Shown here: one piece after another, positions 38,291 to 48,327 of the stretch
Position numbering within the stretch: position 1 is the first letter of the stretch
Layout: every line of letters starts with the position of its first letter
IMG/VR virus record: IMGVR_UViG_3300037840_000216
Location: 20,468-84,467 of that record
Length of the DNA stretch: 64,000 nucleotides
Direction: 5' to 3' (one strand)
Source: a virus
Notes under the pieces: generated by a model
Databases searched by the model: none
What the model saw: only the letters and a program-made list of their open reading frames with translations
Told to the model about the DNA's origin: nothing
Position numbers and translations under genes: made by a program

Positions 38291-40537
38291 CTAACCTTTA
38301 GAAGGAGGGAAATAGGCTTCATTTCTGTGAGCCTGTTCAAATAGCTTCTTATTTGCTTGGACTTCTCCTGGCAGACCCGTACTTGGTTGCGCCGCCTGGC
38401 TGGCCGTAGACTTGCCTCCCGCATTGGCTTCTTCCTTAGGAGACTTTGCATTCGGGAATTGAAGTTTGAACCACTTTTCGGCATTAGGACTTAGCACGAT
38501 TTCAGCCTTTGCTTCTTCTGACCTTTCCGGTTTCACTTCGGCGATCTTGGAGAGAGCTGCGGTGATGTTCTTGACCTGCTTTTCAGGCGATTCCATCATC
38601 CACTGCTTGAGTTCTCCGTGCTTCTCTAGGCCAGCTTCTTTGGCTCGTTCATAGAGGCCGCCCTTACCCGCTAGTGCTTCAACAACATGATCTTCCTGGT
38701 TGACGTTGAGAGTTCCTTCACCCGCCGCCCCGCGCTTTGCCTTTATCAAGGCTGTTTCTTTGCGGCCAAGGTCTTCCATCTGACCTTCGTTTAGCTTTCC
38801 ATATTCACCTTCGCCTTGTTTTTCACCTTCCTTTTTGAGTTTTTGTAGATGCGCAATTTCTGGCTCAAGCTTGAAAACCGCATGGGTATTTTTTCCATAT
38901 GCCTCATTTTCATGACGCTTCTGTGAAATAAATGCGCTCAGTTGATTGGCTTTGTGCTGTGCGCTCGCGGCGGCTTCCATGTGCGGCCCGATCTGGAGCA
39001 TGCGCTTCATGTATTCCGTCGTCAGGTTCGGTTCAAGCTGGTGCATCATCGCGAGCTTGGCCGCTTCGGCGGAGATCGTTTCCGTTTCACCGTATTTGTT
39101 TGTCGTCGTGACTGCTTTGCCTGGGCCTGCGATTTCCGCAAGCTGCCTGACGGCGGCGTAGGCGTTAGTCGATGACTGATTACCGGTCATAGATGTGATC
39201 TGCCACGGCAGCACGCCTTTCTGTGCGGCCTGTACTTTGCCGAACGTACCTTCGTTCGCAGCCTGGGTGAGAAGCGGGTTGATGCCCGTGTTCTTCCAGA
39301 TTTCGTTGTAGGCATGCGCGCCGTGGATCATGGTCGAGCCGCCCTCAACGGTCTTGGCCGCGAAGTCTTCCATGCCCTGCGTCACTTCTTCGAGCGTTTT
39401 GTGCAAGACCTTCACCGCTTCAGGAAGCTGTTCGAGCGTCTTCGTGAGTTCTTGCGGTGTCGCCTGACCTAGCTTGAGCGCGTTTGTCCACGAGCCAAGT
39501 TGCTCAATGGAAGTTGGGCTGTTAAAGCCCATCTTGACGAGCGGTTCGAGTGTCTGCGCGAGTGTCTCTTGCTGGCCACCAACGGTGAAGCCAAGCGCGC
39601 CCCCGCTGCGCTGGTTGGTCCAGCCCTGTGAGGCCAACGCCTGGCGTAGGTTGCTGGCTTCTCCGAGCCCGATGCCCGTGCCACCAAACGCCGCTTCGGC
39701 GGCATTCACGACGGTGCCAAGACCTTGTTTGGCGGCAGGGCTTGTGAATGCAGCGATCGGGTTCGGAATGCCAAGGATGTGGCTCGCGCCAAAGACACCT
39801 TCGCCCTGTGGCGTGTAACCCAAAGAGGCTCCCATGTGGGACGCGCCAAAGCCGATGTCGAGCATGGGCTGGAATATCTTTTTGTGAAGCAGGCTGGCTT
39901 CGGCGATCCTAGATGCTCCGCCTTCAAATCTCTGAGCTAGGTTGCTCGCCGCGAGCGGTCCCTGCTGCTGCTGCCATTCCTCGGGGCTCAGTGGTTCTTC
40001 TTCGTTCGAGAGCGCTTCAGAGGCGTAGCTACCGTACTGTTTCGTTGCCCTTCGTCCTGCTGCCCGTGCGGCCTCACGAAGGAGCGTGTCAACCTGCCAC
40101 TCACCGAATTGGGGGATCTTGAAGCCTTCCTTGGCAATTGTGGACGCTTCTTGGTTTGTCCGTCCGGCAATCGGGCTCCCTGCGTCGGGCGCTAGGCCTT
40201 CGTATCCCGGACGTGCTGCTCCCTGCTGACCCAAGAATCGTTTCCACGCTGAGTCGGCCTTTTCCGGCGTCGAGCTATCCGGGCTCAACTGGCCTGGCTC
40301 GGCAGTCCCGATGGTCGCTCCCGGTCCCGCCTGCGAGATGAACTTTCTAAGGAGGTCAGAGGGGTCGCGTTCTTCAAGGCCAAGATCGCTAGCTCGTTTC
40401 TTCTGGATGAGCGCAAGCTCCATCGTGGGAGCAGTAAGTGCCTGGATATGTTCGTCCAGTTGGAGCATCACAACCCGCAACTGATCATTTGCGCGTCGTT
40501 GTGACTGTGCGGGGTCGAGATCGTCGTTGGTTGCCAT
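38291..40537 (-). CDS. Tape measure protein (probable)
   Basis: Ala/Gly/Gln-rich helical ORF directly after the tail chaperones. Confidence 0.7.
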   Translation of the reverse strand: MATNDDLDPAQSQRRANDQLRVVMLQLDEHIQALTAPTMELALIQKKRASDLGLEERDPSDLLRKFISQAGPGATIGTAEPGQLSPDSSTPEKADSAWKRFLGQQGAARPGYEGLAPDAGSPIAGRTNQEASTIAKEGFKIPQFGEWQVDTLLREAARAAGRRATKQYGSYASEALSNEEEPLSPEEWQQQQGPLAASNLAQRFEGGASRIAEASLLHKKIFQPMLDIGFGASHMGASLGYTPQGEGVFGASHILGIPNPIAAFTSPAAKQGLGTVVNAAEAAFGGTGIGLGEASNLRQALASQGWTNQRSGGALGFTVGGQQETLAQTLEPLVKMGFNSPTSIEQLGSWTNALKLGQATPQELTKTLEQLPEAVKVLHKTLEEVTQGMEDFAAKTVEGGSTMIHGAHAYNEIWKNTGINPLLTQAANEGTFGKVQAAQKGVLPWQITSMTGNQSSTNAYAAVRQLAEIAGPGKAVTTTNKYGETETISAEAAKLAMMHQLEPNLTTEYMKRMLQIGPHMEAAASAQHKANQLSAFISQKRHENEAYGKNTHAVFKLEPEIAHLQKLKKEGEKQGEGEYGKLNEGQMEDLGRKETALIKAKRGAAGEGTLNVNQEDHVVEALAGKGGLYERAKEAGLEKHGELKQWMMESPEKQVKNITAALSKIAEVKPERSEEAKAEIVLSPNAEKWFKLQFPNAKSPKEEANAGGKSTASQAAQPSTGLPGEVQANKKLFEQAHRNEAYFPPSKG

Positions 40538-40569
40538 CGACAATTACGCTGCGTTCGACGCTATTTCGC

Positions 40570-40598
40570 TTGACTGGAGGCGGTTGATGCCGTATACT
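40570..40598 (+). promoter_or_regulatory. Sigma70 promoter of a leaderless moron
   Basis: TTGACT-17-TATACT, ATG 6 nt after the -10. Confidence 0.75.
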
Positions 40599-40604
40599 AC
40601 AGGT

Positions 40605-40844
40605 ATGGGACAAGTCGCCATCGTCATCTTCTTCCTCGGATGCATCGCTTGTGTCGCGTGCGCGGGATGGCTAACCTGGATGTTCGTGTCGCAGACCATC
40701 GCCGAACTAAAAGACCCCGGCTGCTTCTCGTTGTTCCCGGTCGGTACCTCGCAGCACTCACGACCGATTCACCCGATTGGTCAGACGTACCAAGAACGCC
40801 AGGAATGGGACGGCCCTCGGGCCGAAGGCAAGAACTGGCTCTAG
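40605..40844 (+). CDS. Small membrane protein (moron, antisense to tail operon)
   Basis: N-terminal hydrophobic helix VAIVIFFLGCIACVACAGWLTW; own promoter. Confidence 0.6.
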   Translation: MGQVAIVIFFLGCIACVACAGWLTWMFVSQTIAELKDPGCFSLFPVGTSQHSRPIHPIGQTYQERQEWDGPRAEGKNWL

Positions 40845-40937
40845 CCGACTCACGCAGAGCGTATGGATACAATTTGATCGACTCGGAGGAGAGGGAGCAC
40901 AAGGTTCATCGCACGTATCAACAGAGCAGGGCACCCT

Positions 40938-41300
40938 TTATCCCTTGGGAGCATACTGATTTGTCCAACCGTCCTCCTCCCATTCGCGGATCATCTCCTC
41001 GAACTCCTCCTCCGTCGTCGGCATCTTGATGACGACGCCAGGGCTCTCTTCGACCATCTGGTCCTCTCCGTAGACCTTCTTCCACATCTCGGGGTTGGTG
41101 ATGAACATCGACCGTTCGAGATCGACCTGATCGTTGTCTTCCGCGATTCGGTTTTCCTCCTTGTGCAGGCACAGGAGAAGCTCGGCTTGAAAGTCGCTTA
41201 GGGCTGGATAACCGAATCGGTCGGCGCGCCCAAAGTATCCGGCTCTGTCAAGGAATCGGGCGAGGGCTGCGAAGGGACCCGGTTCCTCTCTGAGAAATCC
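40938..41300 (-). CDS. Tail assembly chaperone, frameshifted (gpT-like) portion
   Basis: Open -1 frame overlapping the end of 41198-41728, with no convincing start of its own. Confidence 0.55.
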   Translation of the reverse strand, partial: GFLREEPGPFAALARFLDRAGYFGRADRFGYPALSDFQAELLLCLHKEENRIAEDNDQVDLERSMFITNPEMWKKVYGEDQMVEESPGVVIKMPTTEEEFEEMIREWEEDGWTNQYAPKG

Positions 41301-41728
41301 TGCAATTCTCGAATCCCATCGAGGGCCTCCCTCTCTAGCTCCAAGTACCGCGCGTAGAGGAACGCGAGCGTGGGCTGGTACCACTGCTTGGTGACCCAGT
41401 TGAGCCGGGTGCGGGCGAAGTCGTTCAAATCAGGTCCGACCGGGGGACAGAAGTCGTCCACGGTATCCACGGACTGGAGCGCGAGGGCGACCTGAGCGTT
41501 GGCCCAGACCTCTCCCTCGGAGATGGACCCGCGCCAGGGCTGGACCACCATCGAGACAGCCGCCTTCTCGGACGGATAGAGGGTGCGCATGCGGAACGTG
41601 TGACCGCAAAACTCGACCTCCTTTTCCAGGTGGCCGATATATGTGAGCCCGCGCACGGCGAACCGGACTTGCTCTGTGAACAGGGCGAACGGATCGGTCT
41701 GCTTGGGTGCTGCCTCCTGCTCTGCCAT
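41198..41728 (-). CDS. Tail assembly chaperone (gpG-like)
   Basis: Lies between tail tube and tape measure; AGGAGG RBS. Confidence 0.75.
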   Translation of the reverse strand: MAEQEAAPKQTDPFALFTEQVRFAVRGLTYIGHLEKEVEFCGHTFRMRTLYPSEKAAVSMVVQPWRGSISEGEVWANAQVALALQSVDTVDDFCPPVGPDLNDFARTRLNWVTKQWYQPTLAFLYARYLELEREALDGIRELQDFSERNRVPSQPSPDSLTEPDTLGAPTDSVIQP

Positions 41729-41769
41729 GATACCTCCTATGCCCGGTCAAGGGCCTTGACTGACTTGGG

Positions 41770-42441
41770 TTACAGCGGGTTGTCGCGGATCTTGAACCCG
41801 AGGCTAGGGTTACCGTTACGGGTCATGTAGCGGTAGTTGATCGTGATCTGCTTCAGGACTTCCATGGTGCCGATGGCGATCTGCTCGCCGTCCTGTACGT
41901 TCGTGATAACGCAGCCATGGTACTCCTCCGTGTACGGCGTGACCGGGGAGCCCGCAGGACCCGACGCGCCGAGGGGACGGATGATCTTGACGACTTCGGT
42001 CTGGGATGGGCTGGCCTGCGCCTGGCGGATGAAGATGTCCACAATGTCCACCGCGCCCATGAAGAGTCCGCCGTTGTTCGGGCCGGTGAGTTTGAAGTTG
42101 GTGCTCTGGTTTTCAGGCGTTTCAGATCCGAACGGGCCGTTCTTCGCGCCGAGGCTGAGCCCCAGTCGGTCCCAGACCTTGGAGGCGACTCCGCCTGAGC
42201 CGAACAACTCGAACATGTTCAGGACGATCTGTCCCGGTCCTGCTGCGGCTGGCGTGATGATCTCGATGGGGTACGGCTCATCCAACGGCTGGATGGCTGA
42301 CATGCCTCCGCCGACCGGCTGCGGTGACGTGTGACTTGCCTGCTGGCAGAAGGTAATCGGCTGACCTCCGAACGTGAAGATCGTGAAGCCGGAACCGCCT
42401 ACGCGGACTCTTGAAGTAAATGTGGGATCTGTACCTGCCAT
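41770..42441 (-). CDS. Tail tube protein
   Basis: Follows the sheath gene; RVGGSG, YHGCVIT...DGE motifs. Confidence 0.7.
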   Translation of the reverse strand: MAGTDPTFTSRVRVGGSGFTIFTFGGQPITFCQQASHTSPQPVGGGMSAIQPLDEPYPIEIITPAAAGPGQIVLNMFELFGSGGVASKVWDRLGLSLGAKNGPFGSETPENQSTNFKLTGPNNGGLFMGAVDIVDIFIRQAQASPSQTEVVKIIRPLGASGPAGSPVTPYTEEYHGCVITNVQDGEQIAIGTMEVLKQITINYRYMTRNGNPSLGFKIRDNPL

Positions 42442-42533
42442 TAGATTGTATTCCACCCATAGGTTTCATTGCGCTCTTCGTTATGACACTTCCAGCGTTG
42501 CTGTGCTTTTGTAGTTGAGAGTGCCATCGACTA

Positions 42534-44321
42534 TTACCCAAGCGTTTCGCTCTGTGAGTTTTCTGCAATCGAGACGGTCTGTGACGAGAGGTCCAGGCTG
42601 AACGCGATGTCGATGTTGTTAAGGGTGAAGGCCGGGCGGTAACTGAAGCTTGCCGTGATCGTGGTCGGTTCGGTAGTGGCCAGAGCAACGACCGGGGTCG
42701 CAAAGTCCACGATGTTGCCCGCTGACTGGAGGGCGCTGAGCACTCCGACGATGGCAGAGCGCACGATGATCGGTGAGTTGCCATCTGCGATGATCTGACC
42801 GATGATCTGGTTTTCGAGAGTTTCCTTGACCGATTCGATCATCAGGAACTTCGCACGAATCACAGATACCTCGGAGCGCGAGGCACCGTGATTCGTGTCT
42901 AGCGTGATCGCGTGATTGCAGCGAATCTGGCCATTCTGGATCTGTTCGATGACCATGAGTCCTTCTTCAGCATCTTCGTTCTTCTGCGTGGTGGTCTTGA
43001 GCGTTTTGACCTTGGTGAATCCAGTGATACCCTTGCGTGTAAGTGACGAAGCGACCGGGCGAGAGGCCATAGCCCCGGCAACGGCAGCTGCGAGGTACTG
43101 AGCCCCGACCGATGATTCGCTACCTTCGATGAGCGAGATGCCGACGTTGTTGATGTTGAGCAGGACGTTGTGAGATGCCAATGCACCACCCGCGTATGAG
43201 CGGATTTCCTGAGCGTGTTTGTAGATTTTCGCTGTGAGCGCTTCGCCGGTTGTGCCGTCCTCACCAAAGACACCGAAAATGAACTTCTCTTCGACTTCTC
43301 GTTTCTGCTCGTAGCCAAGGAATTCTTTGAAGATCGCGGTGATGATGCCGTCGTTGACTTTACCTTCGGCGTTACCCTGGCCAATGATAGGCACGATCAG
43401 ATCGATGGCCTGCACGATGTCGAGGCCTTTGAGGGTCTTGCCCCAGGTGGTCGGTTCTGCGACCGCGAGAGGCATTGGCTGTTCCGCGTTGATGATGAAA
43501 CCGTTTTCGTCATATTCCGGTTCTGTGCCGCTGCTCAGCTTGAAGAGAGGCTGAAGGATAACATTGCTCGCGCCAGCTTCGAATGCCTTCTGTGCGGCGA
43601 GGCTTAGCGGTGACGTGAGTTCGCCCAATTCGTTCCTGCCTTCGGGGCTACCGAAGCGGTTGACGACTTCGCTGACACCGAAGAGACGAATCGGATTGTA
43701 GTAGCCAGCCGGGACGTATTCATAGGTAACGTTGACAAGCTGGTTGGCACCAATCAGACCGCCGTTGATACGCACAACAGCGTTCGCTGATTTGTCTTCT
43801 TTCCAAGCGCCCGTGCCGCTTTCATACTTTTTGAAGCCCTTGCCTTCGTTTTCGCCTTCGGCCGGATCAGTCGCACTGTAAACAGAGATGACTTTCTCAA
43901 GCGTCGATCCCGGTAGCGCGGCGAGAAACGGTAGTGCAGTCGGTTCGAATTCGAACGTCAGTACTGCTTCTTCGAAGGTCGCTTCTGCGTTAGCGCTAAG
44001 TTCGACTTCGGTTTCCGAAAGGACCGCGACAACGGTCGTGGCCGCAGGAATGTGGAGGCCCGTGACTGAAGAGCCCACCTGGATTAGGTTTTTGGCTTCT
44101 TTCAGTTTTTTGACAACCTTGTTGTTTTCGGTGATCTTGACTTTTTCAGCTGCACCCGTAACAAATGCACCACCGCCCAGGCGTACCTGGTCTGTGCGCG
44201 TCTGGTGGCCGAGAGTCAGGCCGACGAGCACGACTTCAGAAGCAGAGGCGATAAGCGGCACGACCTGCGGAGCAACGACCTCCGTAATGGTGACGCCAGG
44301 TGAGACGTAGGAATGGGCCAT
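42534..44321 (-). CDS. Tail sheath protein
   Basis: Y.SPGV...E N-terminus, A..AF.AGA, AAAVAG.......LT.K.I.GF, GL.VIE, Y.PAF.LN.I. Confidence 0.9.
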   Translation of the reverse strand: MAHSYVSPGVTITEVVAPQVVPLIASASEVVLVGLTLGHQTRTDQVRLGGGAFVTGAAEKVKITENNKVVKKLKEAKNLIQVGSSVTGLHIPAATTVVAVLSETEVELSANAEATFEEAVLTFEFEPTALPFLAALPGSTLEKVISVYSATDPAEGENEGKGFKKYESGTGAWKEDKSANAVVRINGGLIGANQLVNVTYEYVPAGYYNPIRLFGVSEVVNRFGSPEGRNELGELTSPLSLAAQKAFEAGASNVILQPLFKLSSGTEPEYDENGFIINAEQPMPLAVAEPTTWGKTLKGLDIVQAIDLIVPIIGQGNAEGKVNDGIITAIFKEFLGYEQKREVEEKFIFGVFGEDGTTGEALTAKIYKHAQEIRSYAGGALASHNVLLNINNVGISLIEGSESSVGAQYLAAAVAGAMASRPVASSLTRKGITGFTKVKTLKTTTQKNEDAEEGLMVIEQIQNGQIRCNHAITLDTNHGASRSEVSVIRAKFLMIESVKETLENQIIGQIIADGNSPIIVRSAIVGVLSALQSAGNIVDFATPVVALATTEPTTITASFSYRPAFTLNNIDIAFSLDLSSQTVSIAENSQSETLG

Positions 44322-44480
44322 TCTACCTCTTACCTTCGCGGATCAGGGCCTTTGTAAGTCCGTGCTGTCTTGAGCTTTAGAGCAAGCTTATCGATCCGCG
44401 CAAAGTCCTTGAGCGATTTTGCATGTACGGCTTCCTTCCAGATGCCATAATCGTTAGCCCTACGGGCACGCATCGGAAAT

Positions 44481-45581
44481 CTACAACAGCTTGCGGGGAA
44501 CGAGGGAGGCGCTGAGCCCCATCTGTCCATCGAAGGCGCGCTCGCGGTTGCCGAGGATCGGCGGGATGTTGTAGTAGTCTTCCTCCGGTACTTTGCCTTC
44601 GGGGAATTCGTCGGGTTCCACTTCGCCAAAGTGGCCGCTTGGATCGTCCGAAATCCCGGCATCGGCTTCGAGCCACGGGTACAGCTTGACGCGCTTGACC
44701 AGATTGAGAGTGCCCTCGCCGCCTTTCGGTGTAATGCTGTAGAACTCGCCGATGATCGGGACGCGGTACTCGCATCGGTAGACCCAAGTATCCTCGGCCA
44801 TCCATGGTGCCATTTCCTCACGATCCCCATAGCCGGAGAGCAGGTCTGTGTTGACGGCGATGAAGTGCCAGTCCGAGTAGGGGCTAAGGCCGATCGTGTC
44901 GTAGATGCGTTCCTGGAAGGTCTTACCCTCTTCTCCGACAACACCCATCTGCACGACTTCGACCAGGGCGTCGGCAATCTTGTCACGGTCGGGTGAGCTA
45001 AGTCCGTAGACCTCTAGAGCTATGTCACCGTGGTAAATGCTGTGGTGGTACTCAATGAACTTTTCGTTAATGTCTAGTTCGCCCCTGATCGAGAGTGTGG
45101 TTTCACGAGTTTCGAACGCCTCCTTGTTGACCAGCACGCTCGACTCACCAGTGACCCTGATGACGATGGCGTTTTTCGGGATGCCGTCGGCTTTGATTTC
45201 AGTAATGCCAGGGAACAGGTCTTGAGTCGTGGCGAGGCCAGTGATTTCCCCAGAGCCTTCCGTGATGTGCCCGACACCCGTGAGAATGATCACATCGGCT
45301 TCTGGACCCCACTCTATGTGGCCTACGCCCGCGTTCTTTAGCTGCTGCTCGTAGAACTTGACAACAACCGATGGGAAGTTGGCGCGCGTGGTCTGGTAGT
45401 CAGGGCCGATTTTCGTTTTCTGCAAAGTCTTATCTTCGTAGAGGCCAAAGGCGTTCTGGAGCGCCTCCGTCATCGTGCGCTTCAAGAACGTGCGATATTG
45501 AAGAGTTTGTTGTGCGAGATATTTTGGAGCAATTGGTCTAGGATTGGGTACGACTGACTGTTGGTCTTTCTGGGCAGCCAT
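44481..45581 (-). CDS. Tail terminator / neck protein
   Basis: Position upstream of the sheath; FPSVVV, LSSPDRD.IAD. Confidence 0.6.
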   Translation of the reverse strand: MAAQKDQQSVVPNPRPIAPKYLAQQTLQYRTFLKRTMTEALQNAFGLYEDKTLQKTKIGPDYQTTRANFPSVVVKFYEQQLKNAGVGHIEWGPEADVIILTGVGHITEGSGEITGLATTQDLFPGITEIKADGIPKNAIVIRVTGESSVLVNKEAFETRETTLSIRGELDINEKFIEYHHSIYHGDIALEVYGLSSPDRDKIADALVEVVQMGVVGEEGKTFQERIYDTIGLSPYSDWHFIAVNTDLLSGYGDREEMAPWMAEDTWVYRCEYRVPIIGEFYSITPKGGEGTLNLVKRVKLYPWLEADAGISDDPSGHFGEVEPDEFPEGKVPEEDYYNIPPILGNRERAFDGQMGLSASLVPRKLL

Positions 45582-45865
45582 TAGACTTTTCTCCAATCTC
45601 CGTGCTCCAGATATCCGTGCCACAACTCGTGCTCACCGTCGTCGCGGCGTTCGGTGATCAGGATGGAAGGAGCAACTGTGATCGCGCCATCCTCATGCTC
45701 GGTAACATCGTGGGCGTCTAGGTTGCCGACATGACCGTTGGGTGTGACGCACCACCACTGCCAGCGGTGTTGCTCGCCGCCCACATCGACACGTCCGTAA
45801 GCTCCCGGTCGAAACGGGTTATCTCTCAATTCGTTATCCGCTACCCGGGTTCCGCGAATGATCAT
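45581..45865 (-). CDS. Small hypothetical protein
   Basis: TVAPSI...WHGYL..G.W motif; coupled on both sides. Confidence 0.6.
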   Translation of the reverse strand: MIIRGTRVADNELRDNPFRPGAYGRVDVGGEQHRWQWWCVTPNGHVGNLDAHDVTEHEDGAITVAPSILITERRDDGEHELWHGYLEHGDWRKV

Positions 45866-46665
45866 CTGTCCCACTCCACACCAGTTTGTGCAGCGCCGGT
45901 TCCATTTGGGTTTCCGCCATAAATCGGATCAGTTTCCGGTACCTTGGAAGCTTCCGATTGCTGACCCACTAGGTGACGGTTACCGCCCGCCGTCAAGTTG
46001 ACGGTGTCCTTCTCGCGGCGTCCTAGTCCATCTCGCTGGAGCGCTGCTGCACCGCGCATTGTGATTGGAGCTACCTGCTTGAGTTGGTAGCGCTCGAAGG
46101 TCTGGACGATTCTCTCTGCGGAGTCGATTTCACAAGGGATCAGGAGATCGTTGTCGCTCACCTGTGGGAACCACGGCAACTGGAGACGTGCCTGCTGGGT
46201 GCGGATCAGCGCACCCTCTTCTGTGAGCTTGTATCGATCTTCTGGTGCATCGGGCAGGATCGCGTAGGTGAGATAGCCCGCACCAAACCCACGGTAGAGC
46301 GGAGCAGCTTCCCATTCTGGTTCTGGTTCTTCCTGGACGATCAGTTCTGCCACTTCCGTTTCGGTAGCTGGCTTGATCCACTCACCACGCGGGGCACGCT
46401 CGACTGACACATACCCAATGCCATAGGACAACTGATCGTCGTGGATCGGTTGCTGGTAGACAGTATCTAGTCCTACGCTTGCTTCTGCGATGCCCTGTTC
46501 CACGTCCTGGATCGTGTACATGGGCTTGATCAACACGGGTGTACCCATTCGGCGCATCGTTTCCAGTGAAAGGCGTCGGCGGCGCAAGATGTCTTGGCTT
46601 ATTCCTGCATCGCCTGTATAGCGAATTACATTTTTGTAAATAGGTTTGAGGAGGGCCGTTGGCAT
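45862..46665 (-). CDS. Head-to-tail connector/stopper-like protein
   Basis: Neck-region position; W.P.V.DNDLL motif. Confidence 0.55.
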   Translation of the reverse strand: MPTALLKPIYKNVIRYTGDAGISQDILRRRRLSLETMRRMGTPVLIKPMYTIQDVEQGIAEASVGLDTVYQQPIHDDQLSYGIGYVSVERAPRGEWIKPATETEVAELIVQEEPEPEWEAAPLYRGFGAGYLTYAILPDAPEDRYKLTEEGALIRTQQARLQLPWFPQVSDNDLLIPCEIDSAERIVQTFERYQLKQVAPITMRGAAALQRDGLGRREKDTVNLTAGGNRHLVGQQSEASKVPETDPIYGGNPNGTGAAQTGVEWDR

Positions 46666-46685
46666 AGTTAGAACAATTCTAATTA

Positions 46686-47801
46686 TCAAAAGAAGCCGCG
46701 ACCTACATTTTGCGTCCTCCATGTTCCGTTGAAGAAAAGGCGTCCAGCCTTACTTCCCACGAGCAACGCCGAGTGGCCAAGGTTGAGTTCCTGACGCTTG
46801 TAAAGGCGCACCATTGAGATCCAGTCTTCGCGCTCGACCGTGTACGAAGACTGCCATGCCTGCGCGTAGCGCGTACGATCCTCGTAGGCGATCTGTGCGC
46901 CCTGTGGGACCGGCTGCTCAATGTAAGAACGGACCATGTGCAAGAGCACCTTGCACATAACGCCCTTGGAGAGCAGAGGCATGAGCGGGTTGATTTCACC
47001 ATTACCAAGTGGGCGAGCGAAGTATGAGATCGAGTACTGCGTAGGCGGCATCTGAACGTTGATATCAAGTAGGGCTTCAGGGATGAAGTGTTCGATTTTC
47101 CTTACGTCGAAGTGAGCTAGCGTGTAGTCGCGGAGGATTGGTCCACCCTCTACGGAGTCGAACATATCCTCGAAGCGCAGCCACACTTCTTCGGCGACAA
47201 GCTGTGATTCGGTCGGAGGCGGAATGTTGAAGGGATCTACTACGGCGAAGTTCACCATGACTGATTTTATCTCTTGTGTCGTTAGGGTGAATTGAGCTTG
47301 TACTAGATATTGCCCTGATTCTTCTGTGTTCGTCCACTGTAGGTAACCTTCGCCATTTTCTTCAATTTCACCTGGCCATTGGGCACTTTCATATTCAATT
47401 TCTATTTCTTCTGAAGTTGCATTAGGTTCAGCGATCAGCGATTCATAATCCATCAGGATGGCCGAACTACTTAGGATCTTGGCTACCGTCGCTCCCGGCT
47501 TGATGTTATGACCTCGAAGCAGCGTCTTGCCAGGCGCGAGCCCAGTGGTAGACGACAATCCACTGATTTCAAATCCTTTGTTTTCTGATGAACCGGGTTC
47601 GCCTCGATGGATCGTGCCTTTGTTACCCGTTTTGGTGGTAGCCGGATTACCGATCAAAATTCCATTAGGTCCTTGAACTGTGAATTCGACGCCTGCGATG
47701 TCTTCCTGGGGTACGATACCTTCACGTTCTCGAAGGGCAGCGCGAAGCTCAGCCGTATCGCTTCGATTGATTGGGTTCAGCTGGTATCTGACGCCTAGCA
47801 T
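46686..47801 (-). CDS. Head-to-tail adaptor / neck protein
   Basis: Ig-like N-terminus; FED.FDS..GGP, SYIEQP motifs; neck context. Confidence 0.6.
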   Translation of the reverse strand: MLGVRYQLNPINRSDTAELRAALREREGIVPQEDIAGVEFTVQGPNGILIGNPATTKTGNKGTIHRGEPGSSENKGFEISGLSSTTGLAPGKTLLRGHNIKPGATVAKILSSSAILMDYESLIAEPNATSEEIEIEYESAQWPGEIEENGEGYLQWTNTEESGQYLVQAQFTLTTQEIKSVMVNFAVVDPFNIPPPTESQLVAEEVWLRFEDMFDSVEGGPILRDYTLAHFDVRKIEHFIPEALLDINVQMPPTQYSISYFARPLGNGEINPLMPLLSKGVMCKVLLHMVRSYIEQPVPQGAQIAYEDRTRYAQAWQSSYTVEREDWISMVRLYKRQELNLGHSALLVGSKAGRLFFNGTWRTQNVGRGFF

Positions 47802-47875
47802 GCCTACTCTTTATGGCGCGGATCGGACTCTTTCTGGAGCCGCCATTGGCGGCTCTTTGTGTTATACTGGTCCGC

Positions 47876-48313
47876 ATGTATAGGCATCTGGCCGTTTTTG
47901 AGATGGACGGGACCTTTGTTGGCTACGTTGTCAAGGAGGCCAATAACCGCACCCTCCAATCCACCCATCTATATAGCGAGGAGGAGGGCGAGGATCTTGC
48001 CAAGCGCATCGCCGAGTTGAACGAGTCGCAGAACGTGCTCGCAGCTTGGCCAGATGCTCGGGACCCGGACGTACAGTGTCTTGTCGATGACCCGGCCTTC
48101 GAGCCGATCGAGATGGCCAACGAGGAGGTCGTTGACGAGGAGAACAGCTACATCGTCTACCTCAAAGACGCCGACGGCGAGGACACCTTCGAGATCGACC
48201 GGGATGCGTCGGTGCTCAAGTACAAGGTCATCGCAGTCCCCGTCCGCTCATCCGACGTGATGAAGCGCACGAAGACCGCTTGCGAAGTAGTTGCGCGCAG
48301 GCGTGCGGCCTGA
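47876..48313 (+). CDS. Hypothetical protein (leaderless)
   Basis: TGnTATACT 7 nt before ATG. Confidence 0.65.
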   Translation: MYRHLAVFEMDGTFVGYVVKEANNRTLQSTHLYSEEEGEDLAKRIAELNESQNVLAAWPDARDPDVQCLVDDPAFEPIEMANEEVVDEENSYIVYLKDADGEDTFEIDRDASVLKYKVIAVPVRSSDVMKRTKTACEVVARRRAA

Positions 48314-48327
48314 TACACTATCTACTG

